Source of the DNA: Octopus vulgaris
Taxonomy: Eukaryota
Assembly: GCA_951406725.2 (NCBI GenBank)
Contig: OX597835.1
Coordinates: 37,510,001-37,574,000, forward strand
Length of the DNA: 64,000 bases
Direction of reading: 5' to 3'
Positions 12,405-27,000 of the stretch are shown here, piece by piece. A program made the position numbers and the translations under genes. The notes below the pieces were generated by a model. The model made no database searches. It saw only the letters and a list, made by a program, of their open reading frames with translations, and was not told the origin of the DNA. Each line of letters starts with the position of its first letter. Positions within the stretch are counted from its first letter, which is position 1.

Positions 12405-12823
12405 CTAGATACATACATATCTATCTGTCAGTCTATCTATCTGTCTGTCTGTTTTTGTCTGTTTATTTGTCCGTCTATTTACATACATACATGCATACAT
12501 TATTTCTATTCTACACACAAGCAAAAATTGTACTCCATGATGGGCATAGTCATGATGAACAAGACAAAGAAAATAATGTATGTATGCATACTAGCACACA
12601 CACATTATCATGCATATACACACACATTAACATAATTCAAGTACATAAGATTATTCATATATAGATATACAAATATACACATTCGCACACCAATGCATGG
12701 AACACTAAAACATATAAATGCTCAAAGGAAAATAAAATAAATTGAGTACAGTAATGCCTTGGTATACGAGTTAGCCCATTGCCTGCCATAATCCTCATTG
12801 GGGGTCTGTCTAAAGCAGTCTCA

Positions 12824-13244
12824 TGATCTTTTCGGTTTGAACGGCAGTTTTTTCTAGCGGTGTCATATGAAATTGTTACCCATAATTATGACCCTAGTGT
12901 CGATCTATTGCATTTCAATCTGTTTTAGGGTTAGGGTTAGGGGTGGGGGGAAGGGTAGTTTTTTTTTCTTCACAAATGTAAATAAACCCAATCTGTTTCT
13001 TAAACGAGGGACATGTTCATACGGCACAGAATGTTTTTTTACCTCAATAGACGTCATTGATTGGTTGAAATTGCAGAAATTGAAGAAAACAAAACAACAA
13101 ATATCTTACAAACAATAGAATTTTCTCAATAAAGCCAAGAGAAAAAGATGTTTTATAAACACATTCTACCAGTATACGAAGTTTAAAAGTGTTTAGTTAC
13201 ATGGAAATTATTTTAAAAAACTGCCGTTCAAACCGAAAAGATCC
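12824..13244. mobile_element. MITE with about 30-bp TIRs and 8-bp TSD (hAT- or Merlin-type)
   Basis: gatcttttcggtttgaacggcagtttttt / aaaaaactgccgttcaaaccgaaaagatcc; TSD cagtctca on both sides. Confidence 0.9.
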
Positions 13245-13508
13245 CAGTCTCACTGCCAGTTGTTTGTTGTATTTAAAGTGAATTGCTTATGGACATTGCA
13301 TTTGCAGAGGTGTGTTTAACAATATTTAGTAATTAAAGTTTGTCATTATTAGCTCTGGTTAATTCTAGAGGACATTATATGTCATAAATTGCAATTTTGG
13401 GATTACAAACGTTTTTTTCTTTTGCTTTTCCCATCTATGTCATTCATTGATATTTCATACACATTTGCATATGATACTATACTTTAAAAAAAACTAAAAT
13501 GTTTATTA

Positions 13509-14781
13509 CGAGGGGCGTTCAATAAGTAATGCCCCTGACCCACTTCCCATAGTAATAGAGCAACGAAACTTGGCACAGTTATTAGTCTTTTTCTACATAG
13601 GAACCACCCAGAGTTACGCATTTCTCCCATCGTTTGATGCAGCTCTGGAGACCGTTTTTGTAGAAGACCCCAGCTTGGTCCTCCAACCACGACGTGACTT
13701 CAGAAATCAAGGCTGCATCATCTGGGAAACGCTTTCCTTTCAAAAACAACTTCATGGCTGGGAAGAGGTGAAAATCAGAGGGTGCAAGGTCAGGAGAGTA
13801 GGGGGTATGGGGGAGGAGTTCATAGCCGCATGCCTGTACTTCTGATCTGGCGACACGCGAGTTGTGGACCGGAGCGCTGTCCTGCAGGAGGAGGATGCCT
13901 TTGCTGATCTTGCCCCGCCTCTTGATTTTTATAGCTTCTCCTTATTTCCTCAAAAGTGAAGCATAATAGGCTCCTGTAATTGTGGTACCCTTTGCCAGGA
14001 AATCTGTCATCACTACTCCGTTCTGGTCCCAGATGACTGTGAGCATGACCTTGCCAGCAGAGGGCTACACCCTTGCCTTCTTTGGAGGAGGTGAGTCACA
14101 GTGCTTCCACTGCATTGACTGGGCTTTGGTCTCTGGATCATCGTGATGGACCAAGGTTTCATCCTGTGTAATCAGTCTTTTGAAAAATTTTGACTCATCT
14201 TCTTGGCACATCTCCAAATTCATCCTCGAGCACTCGACGCGTTCTTGCTTCTGGAAAGGTGTCAGCAACCTGGGAATCCATCTGGCAGACCCCTTTTGCA
14301 TATGCAAATGGTCATGAATGATAGTTTCCACATACCCGGTACTAATCTTGACCTCATGGGCTATTTGGCGAATAGTTATGCGTCGATCTTCCAAAATGGC
14401 AGCCCTCAACTTGACAGAAGGGGGGCGACCAGATCTGGGAGCTGTTTCCACAGAGTTCCGACCATGTTTGAATTCACGATGCCAGCGTTTTACAAGGTCA
14501 TATGATGGGGCATCATCACCATAAGTTACTTTCATTTCATCAAAAGTCTCCCGTGGTGTGCGTCCTTTCAAATACAAAAACCGGATCACTGCTCAACACT
14601 CAACAGGTTCCATTTCACACTTGACTCAGTTCAAACACCTGTCAATCAGAAACCTCAATTAGCTCAGAGCTGTAATTTGCCACTGAATCTTATAGAGATA
14701 TAAATAATTGCACATGCAAAATTTCAGCTAGATCAAACAACTGCAAGTGGGTCAGGGGCATTACTTATTGAACGTCCCTCG
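13509..14781 (-). mobile_element. Full-length mariner transposon (about 1.27 kb) with TA TSD
   Basis: TIRs cgaggggcgttcaataagtaatgcccctgacccact / agtgggtcaggggcattacttattgaacgtccctcg, flanked by TA. Confidence 0.95.
13570..14613 (-). pseudogene. Mariner D,D34D-type transposase with stops and frameshifts
   Basis: HTH region MIRFLYLKG..., WIPRLL, ITQDET, LLQDSAPVH, PYSPDLAPSDFHLF; in-frame stop shortly after the ATG at 14613. Confidence 0.9.
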
Positions 14782-15719
14782 TATTTTTGCAATTGAATAG
14801 AAAAGGATAAATATGCTTTTTATCAATAATATCCCCATTTAGGACTTTCCAAAAAATTTATCATAATTTCCAAATTAATTCACTTATGAAGAAAATTTAA
14901 ATACTATAATATTAACTCCTAAGACCCCTGGCAAAGCCAAAATGTATGAATAAAAAAAATTGGCAATTAATGGGTTAATTTGTTCCTGGAGACCCCTCAA
15001 AGAAAAGCAATAATTTCCTACAGTAGCAATGTATAAATCATAATTCGTTCCCAGAAAAATATTTTACCTATAAAATTTATAATACTCGTAAATAAATGGC
15101 AATAAAACAACAGTAGAATGTAAAGAATATTTTTTGTAAAGTAAAAAGAATGTCAAGATCATTTATGATAAAATATAATGTTATTATAATCATTTTCTGA
15201 ATCACTTTCACTCACACTAGACTCGCACACACCACCCTCACTTGCAGACACGATCACCAATTCACAAGCACTCATAGATAGACTTGTAGATTTCTTTTTA
15301 AAAAACAAGTCTAAAGTTGTTTGCTCAGAAGAAGGATTTTTTTTGCTCTCTATAAATTTATTATCATAGTAGAAACTTTTGTTCTTCATTCAAAATTTGG
15401 CTCTTTCTATTTATTTTAAGACAAAACTTGAAAAGTGGGTCCTCATAAAGTGAGACATTATTGTACAACAAAAATCTTTCCTATCTCACATATCTCTCTC
15501 TCTCACTCTCTTTCTTCTATCTATTTGATTTTGTACAATTCTGTCTCTTTGTTTTTTCTCTTGTTTTCTTTTTTTCCTCTTTCTCTCTTCTTGACTTAAA
15601 AGAAATGCACTGTTTGGATATAACGATATTCAATGATTAGCTATGGGTGTAAACTGGTGACACATACTATGCAGAAATAGGGTGTTTATAGATATAGGAA
15701 AAATATGAAATTAGAATGA

Positions 15720-15784
15720 AATATATATAATATAATATATATATACACTTATATATATATAGATAGAAGCATATATACTTACAG

Positions 15785-15823
<39 letters not shown>

Positions 15824-16495
15824 ATATATATATATATGCTTCTATCTATATATATGTGTATATATATATATATTATATTATATATATATATATATATATA
15901 ATATATAATATATATATACATATATATATATATATAGATAGAAGCATATATACTTACAGTATATATATATATATGTATATATATATATGCTTACATATAT
16001 ATATTTATATATATATATATATATATTATATAGATAGATAGATAGAAGCATATATACTTACAGTACATATATATATATATATTTGAAAGCGTTTATATAT
16101 AGAGATATATATTAAATATATATATATATATAAATATAGTTATGGGAATTACTTAGTACATTTTGAAGTGTAAAGGTGACTTTTCTAAAGAGATGTTATG
16201 AAATCTTTTATCAGGATGTTACTAACCTTTTTTGTGAAGAACTTTTTTTTCTAGTGTATGAGTGCTTTCGTTATACATGCATATATATATATATATATAC
16301 ATACATGTATACCTACATATATATATATTTATATATATATATATATATATATATACATACATGTATACCTACATATATATATATTTATATATATCTATAT
16401 ATGTATGTATATATATACATGCATGTATATGTATATAAATATATATATGTGTGTATGTATATATATATGTGTGTGTGTGTGTATGTATATATATA

Positions 16496-16528
<33 letters not shown>

Positions 16529-16859
16529 GCATGTGTGTGTGTATATATATATGCATGTGTATGTATATATATAAATATATATATGTGTGTGTGTGTATGT
16601 AAGATGAGTTCAGCAAAAATTTAGATTCAGATGAATATGGTACTTAGGTTGAGGCACCAGAATTTAGTACGGTATTATCCATACAATTTCAAAATAAGGG
16701 GATTAAAATCAAAATAAGCAACAAGGATATTCAGAGGTGTGTATGTGTGTAAGTTTATATAAATATATATATGTATGTATATATAAATATATATGTGTAT
16801 GTATATATAAATTAATATGTGTATGTATATATAAATATATATTTATATGTATGTGTATG

Positions 16860-16892
<33 letters not shown>

Positions 16893-17010
16893 CTATATAT
16901 ATATATGTATATATAAATATATGTATGTATGTATGTATATATATATATATATATATATGTGTATGTATATATATACATATATAAATATATGTATGTATAC
17001 ATACATATAC
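15720..17010. repeat. Compound (TA)n/(TCTA)n/(TATG)n microsatellite block
   Basis: Seen directly. Confidence 0.9.
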
Positions 17011-17204
17011 ACCGGCACACTCTGTAAAGTGGTTGGCGTTAGGAAGGGCATCCAGCTGTAGAAGCCATGCCAAGTCAGACTTCAGTCTGGTGCAGCTCCC
17101 CGGCTTGCCAGCTCTGGTCAAACTGTCTAACCCAAGCCAGCATGGCATTGGACAAGTGATGATGATGATTATGATAACTAGCATTCTGTTGGTTATAATG
17201 AGGA

Positions 17205-17505
17205 GTATTCCAATCAATCCAATCAGCAGTACAGTCTGCTTGTAAAGTTGATGTGCAAGTGGCTGAGCACTCCACAGACACTGTGTGTACCCTTAACATA
17301 GTTTGTGGGGTGATTCAGTGTGACACAAAGTGTGATATGGCTGACCCTTTTGAAATACAGGTACAGCACATCTTTACCAGGTGAGTGGACTGGAGCAATG
17401 TGAAGTAAAGTGTCTTGCTCAAGGACACTTAAGGTACTGCAGGGAATCGAACTCACAGCCTTGTGGTCCTGAGCTGAATACCCTGACCATTAAGCCACAT
17501 ACTTT
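17205..17505 (-). mobile_element. SINE family C
   Basis: Homologous to 60925-61240. Confidence 0.75.
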
Positions 17506-17510
17506 CACAA

Positions 17511-17541
<31 letters not shown>

Positions 17542-18934
17542 CACACACGCACACACACAACATGACATTTTGAGTTGATTATAAGAAAGAAAACAAAAAA
17601 AATATATAATTTTTAGTACACTTTTTTCCTTTATTTATCACTTAGTGAAGAGGAGAGAGCAGCACATGTGACTATTTTCAAGGGTCTTTAAATTTGGGTG
17701 GAATAACTTTGCTAAAAGTGTGTAAGGACTAAGTGGTGGTGGTGGTGCTATTAAATCTCCTCCTCCTCCTCCTTCATCATTGTCATCATCTCGATCAGTT
17801 CCTGGACACTATTGTCTCAAGTCCTAGGACTGATAGGCCTAGTTTCCATGTCATATATAAATGACCAAGACTATAACATTCCCCCTGGATGGGACACTAG
17901 TCCATTGCAGGGATACTCATTTTTCAATTGAGTGGACTGGAACAATAGGAAATGAAGTGTTTTGCTGAAGAAATAATACACTGCCTGGTCTGAGAATTGA
18001 AACCACAATCTTACAATCATGGGTTCAACACCTTAACCACTAGGCCATACACGTTCATGGTGCTATAACAGGTAATAGATTAAAACTACCAGCCCAAAAT
18101 GAGGTAGTGAGTTTGATTCCCAGACCGTGCTGTGTGTTGAGTCCTTGAGCAAGACACTTTATTTCACGTTGCTCCAGTACACTCAGCTGTAGAAATGAGT
18201 TGTGACATTACTGGTGCCAAGCTGTAGCTGCCTTTGCCTTTCCCTTGGATAACATCAGTGACATGGCGACGGGAGACTGGTATGCGTGGGTGACTGTTGG
18301 TCTTCCATAAACGACTTGTGCCTTAGAGAGTAACTTTCTAGGTACAATCCCGTGGTCATTCATGAACAAAAGGGTTCTTTACCTTTTACCCTATGCACAT
18401 ATAATGATATTGAGAGGGGAGGCTGGTATGCATGGACGACTGCTGGTCTTCCATAAAGCAACCTTGCCTAGACGTGTGCCTCACAGGGGAACTTCTAGAC
18501 GCAATCCCATGGTCATTCATGACCAAGGGGGCTTAATATATATATATGCATATATGCATATGTGTGAGTGTGTGTACCACCAGTGATAGTTCTTGTAAGT
18601 GCTTAGGCCTCCTCAGTGCTTTTTACATTAGGAAGAGCGTGAAACCATAGAAACCATGTCAAAAAAGACAGTGAAACCACCTTGTTGAATCCTCTCTCTT
18701 CCAAGCTCCTGATGATGATGATAATGATGGTGGTGATGATGATGATGATGATGATGATGATGACGACAACAACAATGCGGACGGTGGTGGTGGTGATGTT
18801 GATATGTTGTATACATACATATACGTGTATATAATTGCAGCTAAATGCGAATAGGCTTAAGGAGTCTTTATATGGAATGCAAATAAAGAAAATGAATGAT
18901 GTAATAGTCTTATCATATCTCTAATTGCACATAC

Positions 18935-19114
18935 TCTCTCTCATTCTCTCTCTCTATACATATACATATATATGTGTGTGCGTTTGTGTGTATGTGGGTG
19001 TATATTTATATATGTGGGCATGTGTTTGTGTATGCATATATATATATATATATCAGTCATAAATAAATACTCACTCTTGAAAATTTACTCCTTATAAATG
19101 TATGTATGTATATA

Positions 19115-19153
<39 letters not shown>

Positions 19154-19164
19154 GTATCTATCTA

Positions 19165-19208
<44 letters not shown>

Positions 19209-19351
19209 ATAAATATATATATATGTATCTATCTATATATATATATATATATATGTATCTAAATATATATATATATGTATCTATCAATCTATATATATAT
19301 ATATATATGTATCTAAATATATATATATATATATATATGTATCTATCTATA

Positions 19352-19399
<48 letters not shown>

Positions 19400-19982
19400 A
19401 GCATTTATCTATTATATATATATATATATATATATACCCACACATGTATATGTATGTATATATATGCATGTACAAATATACATACAGATATATGTACATG
19501 TACGTATGTGTATGTATGTGTGTGTATATATACACATATATATGTATGTATACACATAGACATACACACACACACATATACATAATTGTATATATAACTA
19601 TATGCATATATACATACATCGATGCATGTGTGTAAGGGCAGGTGTGTAAGGCATACATATATGTAGGTGTCTAAGGTGTACATAGGTGCATTTTTATGTA
19701 TCCATGCATATTTGTGTATATGCATGTTCATATATATTCAGATATAATGGAAATTCTGAACTATATTCATATAATTATTTTCATTTCAGGAAGACAGTTT
19801 CTAGTTATATTCAAGTAATTGTTTTTCACTTGTAATTTTCAAGCAATTGTTTTCACTTTAGATCTAAGAAAGAAAGAGAGAGAGAGAGAGAGAGGAGAAA
19901 GAGAGAAAGAAAGAATAAGAAAGTGAAAGAGGAAAAACAGAGATAGTGTCTTGTCTAGAAGCAGATATACATACACACATAC

Positions 19983-20022
<40 letters not shown>

Positions 20023-20112
20023 AACACATACACATGTATATATTCATACATAAATACATATACATATATATAACATATTCTCATATACATAATGATACAC
20101 ACACACACTCAT

Positions 20113-20143
<31 letters not shown>

Positions 20144-20290
20144 AATACTTATATACATATATTCATGTATAAATACATAAATACCTATATATATTTATGT
20201 ATACATATAAATATGTGGATATACATACATGCACACGTTCACATATGCACGCAAGCATATGCACACACATGCATGCACACACACACTAAA
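18935..20290. repeat. Compound microsatellite block
   Basis: Seen directly. Confidence 0.9.
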
Positions 20291-20947
20291 ACAGCAAAGA
20301 AAATCTTTTGAGAACTTTATCATGGATATTAGGAAGTATTTACATTTTTGTCAAAATATGTTACCAGTTTCAATCTCTTAAAAAGAACATTTAGTCATGC
20401 TGACATAAAAGAGAAAATGAATACTCTCTCTTTTAGTCTTTTACTTGTTTCAGTCATTTGACTGCGGCCATGCTGGAGCACCGCCTTTTTAGTCGAGTAA
20501 ATCGACCCCAGGACTTATTCTTTGTAAGCTTAGTACTTATTCTATCAGTCTTTCTTGCTGAACTGCTAAGTTGGAAATAAATTCTATAAAATTAAGTTTT
20601 TATGCTATCGGTTCTAGAAATTTAAGTGTTTTTCTTATATTTAGAGAGAGAAAGAGAGAGTGGGAAAGAGAGGCAGTGAGGCACAGAGAGAAAATGAAAG
20701 AGAGAGACACAGAGACAGAGAGACACAATACCTAGCCTGGCCCAGGAATTGAACTCTCTACTTTATGATTGTGAACCTGATGCTCTAACTACAGAGCCCA
20801 GAATGTGACACTTATTTGTTTTGTCATTGTGCCTCATTCAGAAACTTATAACTAGAAGATAGTGGCAGTGGCTAATTACTATTCAGATAGGCCCTTATAA
20901 GGGTCCTGAATCTGGTTGGTTGAATAGTGTTAAGAGATTTCTTAAAT

Positions 20948-21255
20948 GGCACTCTGTCAGTTCTGATGACAACGGTTCCATTTGATCCGATCAACAGAAG
21001 AACCTGCTCTTGAAATTAACATTGAGGTGGCTGAGTACTCCACTGACACATGTACCCTTAACAGTTCTTAGGGAGATTCAGTGTGACAAGGCTGACCCTT
21101 TGAAATGCAAGTGCTACTCATTTTTGCCAGCTGAGAGGACTAAAGCAATGTGAAATAAAGTGTCTTGCTCAAGGACTCAATGTGTTTCTTGGAATTGAAC
21201 TCATGACCTTATGATCATGAGCCGAATGCCCTAACCACTAAGCCATGTGATTTCA
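20948..21255 (-). mobile_element. SINE family C
   Basis: Reverse complement of the family C head tggcttagtggttagggcattc and body. Confidence 0.8.
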
Positions 21256-22923
21256 CTTGTTAAGAGATATACAAGATGCATAAGGAATGGAAAATTATAT
21301 TAGACCAGTTGGCTGAGAAAGTAGATTTTTTGTGAAGAGGAGAGATTTTAACATATATGTATGTTTAGAGTGACAGGCATTGGAGGGTTTGTTGGGACTG
21401 TGATTTGCTTGATGTTTAAGAATTTTGGACTAAATGTAAAGTAGACAAAGGATGTTGCCAGAAAAATGTCAGAATTCACTGAGAAAGCAATCTATTACAT
21501 CTGGTTTGAGAGAGAGAGAGAGAGGGGGATGAATGTTGGAAAGTCCTGAGGAGGGTAGAAACATCTGGCTCAGAGTCACAACATTTGACTCAAAATATTC
21601 ATGCTCTTGTGTGGGAGTTTTTGTTGCTTACATTGGTGGGTGATCCACGGCAGCTCTGTAGACTTGGGCAATCTGTAAATACAATTGTCCCCTTCAGAAT
21701 TAATACCCTACTACCCCCATACTATTTCTTCATTATCTCTTTTCTCCTTTCATTTTACTCGCAAACCAAAAGTATTTATCAAGGTATTGTGATTTCATTA
21801 ATCCAACCATTACTCGCTAGAATCAACCACTTCACAGTGTATTCTGGGTGCTTTTTCCATACAACCTGCACCAGTGAGGTAGCTGAATAACATGCAAGAT
21901 AAAAAAATTAGAAAAGAGAACAGGGGAAAAAGAAAAATGCTTTTAAGTGAGGGAAAGTGTTCAAGGAGAGAAGTATTATCCTTTACACCAATGAACATCC
22001 ATATATAGCTACAGTATAATCTTCATATCTTGAAGATTAATCTGTAGACTTGGGCAATCTGTTGATACAATTGTCCCCTTTAGGATTTATACCCTTTTAC
22101 ACGATACTATTTCTTTGTTATGTCTCTTCTTTCCTTTAACTTGCAAACCAAAAGCATTTTCCAAGATATTTTTCTCTTTTGATTCTGTTGTAATCTTTTC
22201 TTTTTCTTTTCTTATTTGCATTAAGTTTCTGAAAAATAAACAAATATATTAATTAAATTAAGTATGTTAATTAAGCAAAATATAAATTATGCTACCAACC
22301 TTCTGTATCTACATCATCATCATCATCATCATCGTCCATTTCCCTGCATGGAAAGCCGATGTTAAATGATGATGATGATGACGACGACGACAACAACGAT
22401 AATGGTGGTGGTGGTTTGGTGGTGGTGATGATGATGGTATAATGTATAAATATACTTTTTGAGCCGAAACACCTACAGAGCTGCTTCATCACCTGATGGG
22501 ACATCAACCCACACATTCAGAGAGAGAGAGAGAGAGGGAGAGAGAGAGAGAGAGAGAGATAGCACCAGTACCAACAGAACACAAGTGTTTACCCTAACAT
22601 TTAAGCATGTGTTTATGCTTGGGTGTTTTGAGTTTGTTGGAGTTTTAGTATTGACCAACAAAATGTGGTGGGCTTAATTAGAAGAGATTTCATTAAAAAT
22701 AATTATGCAAGAAAAGCACTGGTGCAGGTGCCACATAAAACGCACTGGTGCCATGCAAGAAGGCACCCAGTACACTCTATAAAGTGGAAGGGCATCCAGG
22801 TGTAAAAACCATGCCCAAATAAACTATGGAACCTGGTGCAGCCAGTACCTGATCTTGTCAGCTCCAATCAAACCGTCCAATCCATGCCAGCATTGAAAAC
22901 AGACGTTAATTGCTGCTGCTGCT

Positions 22924-23334
22924 TGTTTGTTTGTTTGTTTGTTGAGTGAAGCGGTCTTCATCCCAGAGCTCGCAAGATCGCGCCTCAGGATTGTCTGTAG
23001 TGGGAGAAGTCCGAAACGTGGTCCTTTGCTATTCGTAAGACCTGCAGAAGAGAAAGCAGGTCAACCCTCGACACTGAGAGCATCGACGGATGGATGAATG
23101 CACATCTAGGCTCAGCAGTTGCATAGGAAGTCGGGGACAAGAAACAGGAAGAAAGAGTGAGAGAAAGTTGGAGCGAAAGAGTACAACAGGGGTTACCATC
23201 ACCCCCTGCCGGAGCCTCGAGGAGCTTTAGGTGTTTTCGCTCAATAAACACACACAACGCCTGGTCTGGGAATCGAAACCGCGATCCTCCGACCGCGAGT
23301 CCGCTGCCCTAACCACTGGGCCATTGCGCCTCCA
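22924..23334 (-). mobile_element. Young-looking tRNA-derived SINE family D
   Basis: A box tggcccagtgg, B box ggtttcgattcc, CpG-rich body, (AAAC)n tail, inserted in a (CTG)n run. Confidence 0.85.
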
Positions 23335-24065
23335 CTGCTGCTGCTGATGATGATGATAATGATGTAGATGCAGAAGGTTGATAGCGTAATTCATATTTTG
23401 CTTAATCAACATATTTAGTTTAATTAAAATATTTGCTTATTTTTCAAAAAGTTTATGCAAATGAGAAAGAAATAAGAAAATTGTGAAACAGAATCAAAAG
23501 AGGAAGAAAACAGAAATAAATATTAAAAGGGATCATGAAAGAGTTTGTAAATTTTGCTTTGGGAATTAAGAATTAAAAGAATCTAAAGATATGTAAAATC
23601 CCTCCATCTGAGATTGGCAGAAGAAATGCTTGATTTAAACTATTGGGAATTCTATAGAATATTATTCAAAGGAAGATTCCGTATGATACTCTATATATAA
23701 TAGAAAGGATTAGAGCTGTGTGGGCTCGTTTAACTAATTACATAATGGCATTTTATGTAATTATAATTAGTTGATTGTAAATTATTAGCAGAGGTGGTTG
23801 GTGGGGCTGTAAGTTCTAATTATGAATTATTTTGAAAGATTAAGATGGTGCAGGTGGTTCTTGATTAAAATGTTCTGTTTATTGATTCCATTGAGCAATA
23901 TTTTGGATTAATGAAAGCACAATACTGCGATAAATACTTTTGGTTTGTGAGTTAAAGGAAAGGAGAAGAGAGATAACAAAGAAATAGCATGATGTAGTAG
24001 AGTATTAATCCCGAAGGGGATAACTGTATCTACAGATTGCCCAAGTCTACAGGTTAATCTTCAAG

Positions 24066-24458
24066 ACTTTGCCCAAACGACCTGAAAATTAGTTTCAAGG
24101 TTCATCCAAGGCTGGGACCTCGGGCCATACGTCCCCTGCCCAATTCAAGATCACAGCATATAGGTACACTGCAACATAATTTCTTTTCCTCAACAGGCCC
24201 TGCCCTGTTTGACATTGTCTCTAAAGAGATCAAAGAGGACAAGGATCCCATCAACTTTAAACGGAGTCTGGACAGATTTCTTCAAGGAATACCGGATAGG
24301 CCACCTATACCTGGATACAACTCACTCAACAAAAATTCACTACTTGAATGGACCATAAACAAAACTTGACTTAAACAGAATTTAGATAATCCTATCAGGT
24401 GGTGCTATTAAGTTAGACATGGCTTGGACCAATCTTTGGTTGAAACATATCTAAGTTT
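24066..24458 (+). mobile_element. 5'-truncated CR1/L2-group LINE 3' end
   Basis: Translates LCPNDLKISFKVHPRLGPRAIRP...FFSSTGPALFDIV...FKRSLDRFLQGIPDRP, then a short 3'UTR. Confidence 0.8.
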
Positions 24459-25085
24459 TATACTGTGGCTATATATGGATGTTTGTTGGTGTAAAGAATA
24501 GTACTTCTCCCCTTGAATACTTTCCCTCATTTAATAGTGCTTTTCTTTTCCCCTGTTCTATTTTTTTTTGTTTTTTTGTCTTGCATATTACTCAGCCACC
24601 TCACTAGTGTTGGTGGTATGGGAAAAGCACCCAGAACTCACTGTGAAGTGATTGGCATTATTAAGGACATCTAACTGTAGAAAACACACCATAGCTGATA
24701 AACAAACTCAGCTTAGCTCTGTTCCTCACTGGATCCCGAAGTTAGGCAGTAGGTGAGCAATTGACTAGTTTATTAACAGAAATAAGGTTTATATGTATAT
24801 ATATGCATGTATCTATTTAAGTATGCATATATATGTATGTATTTGTCTATGTATGTACAAATGTATGTGTGCAGACATACGTAAGTGTATACAATATTTA
24901 TATACATGCTTACAACATGCATGCATAAGATGTGTTGTCTTTCTCTTCCCCTCCTCCCCTCTCTGTCTGTCTTTCTGTTTTCCCCTCTATTTATCTACCT
25001 ATCTATCTATCTATCTCTCTAGCCATCTCTCTCTCTCTCTCTTTATCTATCTATCTATCTATCTACCTTTCTGTCTATCTCTCTA

Positions 25086-25128
<43 letters not shown>

Positions 25129-25436
25129 TTATCTATGTATCTATTTATTAATTGATATCTATCTACCTATCAACCTGTCTGCCTGTCTTTCCCTAAAGTC
25201 TCTCCCCCCTCCACCTCCACCTCAGGTGTAATTAGCTGTTGATCCCTTATCTCCTGCACATGTTTATCATTATTTTGCATTTACTGCACCTGAACAGAGC
25301 TGTGCACATTTTCACCTCTCCTATCCTCACATGTTATCTCTGCCCTACATCACTGTCGTCATCTTAATATTCCTTCCACCACCACCACCACCACCCTTGC
25401 CACTACATTATACAAACCACCTTTCACTGCTCTATC

Positions 25437-25484
<48 letters not shown>

Positions 25485-25879
25485 TGTCTGTATGCATGTT
25501 TGTACGTTTTATGTATGTATGTATGTATGTATATATGCATGTGTGTATGCATGCATGTATGTATGTGTGTGTAAGTGTGAATGTATGTGAGTATGTATGT
25601 CTGTATATGTATGTATGTATGCATGTATGCATGTATGTATGTATGTATGTATGTATGTATGTATGTATGTATGAATGCATGCATGTATGTATGTATGTAT
25701 GTATGAGTGTGTATGTGTGAATGTATGTGAGTATGTATGTCTGTATATGTATGTATGTATGAATGCATGTATGTATGTATGCATGTATGTATGTATGTAT
25801 GTATGTATGTATGTATGTATGTATGTATGTATGTATTCATGTATGTATGTATGTGTGCACATTTGTATGTTTTGTTTTA

Positions 25880-27000
25880 TGTATGTATATGCTTGCATAT
25901 AGTTGTGTATCTCGACATGCTCATATATATTTAAATGATAAACTTCTGGAAAGTTTTACAGATTTTTACAGTCCCAGTGATGGATTTGATCTGTAGTCTT
26001 CGGATTAGCTTTCTCCTTTCTGGTTTTGAGAAGCCTAATTTTTCAAGATTGGTATTTAGGCAGTGTGTTACATATCCCAGGGCCCCAATAATTACAGGTA
26101 TAAACCTGAACTTGTAATCTGGATAGAGTAACTGCAGATTTCTCAATAGTTTGGTATAGGTGTTCTCTTTTTCCCTGATCTTCAGCTTCATGCTAGCATC
26201 CGCTGGGCATCTAATTTCCACAACTGTGCACAGTTTCTCATCTCTATCCCAAATCATTATATCAGGTCTGTTGTGCTTACATTTTATTGAAGTTTTCACA
26301 AGGATATTCCACCAGTACTCTTTGTTATTATGGGTGGCTCTGGCTTCTACCATACTGTGGACTCTTATTTCTTTGTCCTCAGGGTTATCCTTGCAACAGA
26401 TTCCATTATTCAGTGTCCTTGTTACAATATCATGTCTCATCAATGGGTAATACCATGATGACATTTTCGGACAACTGCTTATGATGTGGGTGATATCTTC
26501 AGTTTTAACTCCATGAAATCTGCACTGGTTGTCACATTTAAGGCAGCGAGCTGGCAGAAACGTTAGCACGCTGGGTGAAATGCTTAACGGTATTTCTTCT
26601 GCCACTACATTCTGAGTTCAAATTCCGCTGAGGTCGACTTTGCCTTTCATCCTTTCGGGGTCGATTAAATAAGTACCAGTTACGCACTGGGGTTGATATA
26701 ATCGACTTAATCCGTTTGTCTGTCCTTGTTTGTCCTCTCTGTGTTTAGCCCCTTGTGGGTAGTAAAGAAATAGGTTGTCACATTTTACAGCTTTTCCTGT
26801 ATCTTCGTCCCTTTTGTCCATCAGGTATTTGATTGATATTTCCTGTTCCTAGGCTGCAAAAACTTACCCTTCAAAGTGGGAGGTAGTTATCTGGTTTTGG
26901 TCCATGATTGACTGCTTTGATGATCAATGTTACTCTCATCTTGGAGCTTTCTACTAACACATCCATGCATGGTCTTCTGCTCATATATACTCATCCTTTC
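25880..27000 (-). mobile_element. REL-endonuclease non-LTR retrotransposon fragment (R2/R4/NeSL-like), split by a SINE
   Basis: Degenerate CCHC (CRFH..EDITHIISSC), RHD, RPDI, VEI, IIGALG in ORF 25931-26605. Confidence 0.85.
26541..26774 (+). mobile_element. SINE family B with 13-bp TSD
   Basis: ggttgtcacattt at 26527 and 26773. Confidence 0.88.

Noticed and set aside
12925-12942. True telomere or fusion scar
   Set aside because: Only three units, located inside a MITE.
23262-23334. tRNA gene
   Set aside because: The tRNA-like segment continues into a SINE body and tail; it is a SINE head.
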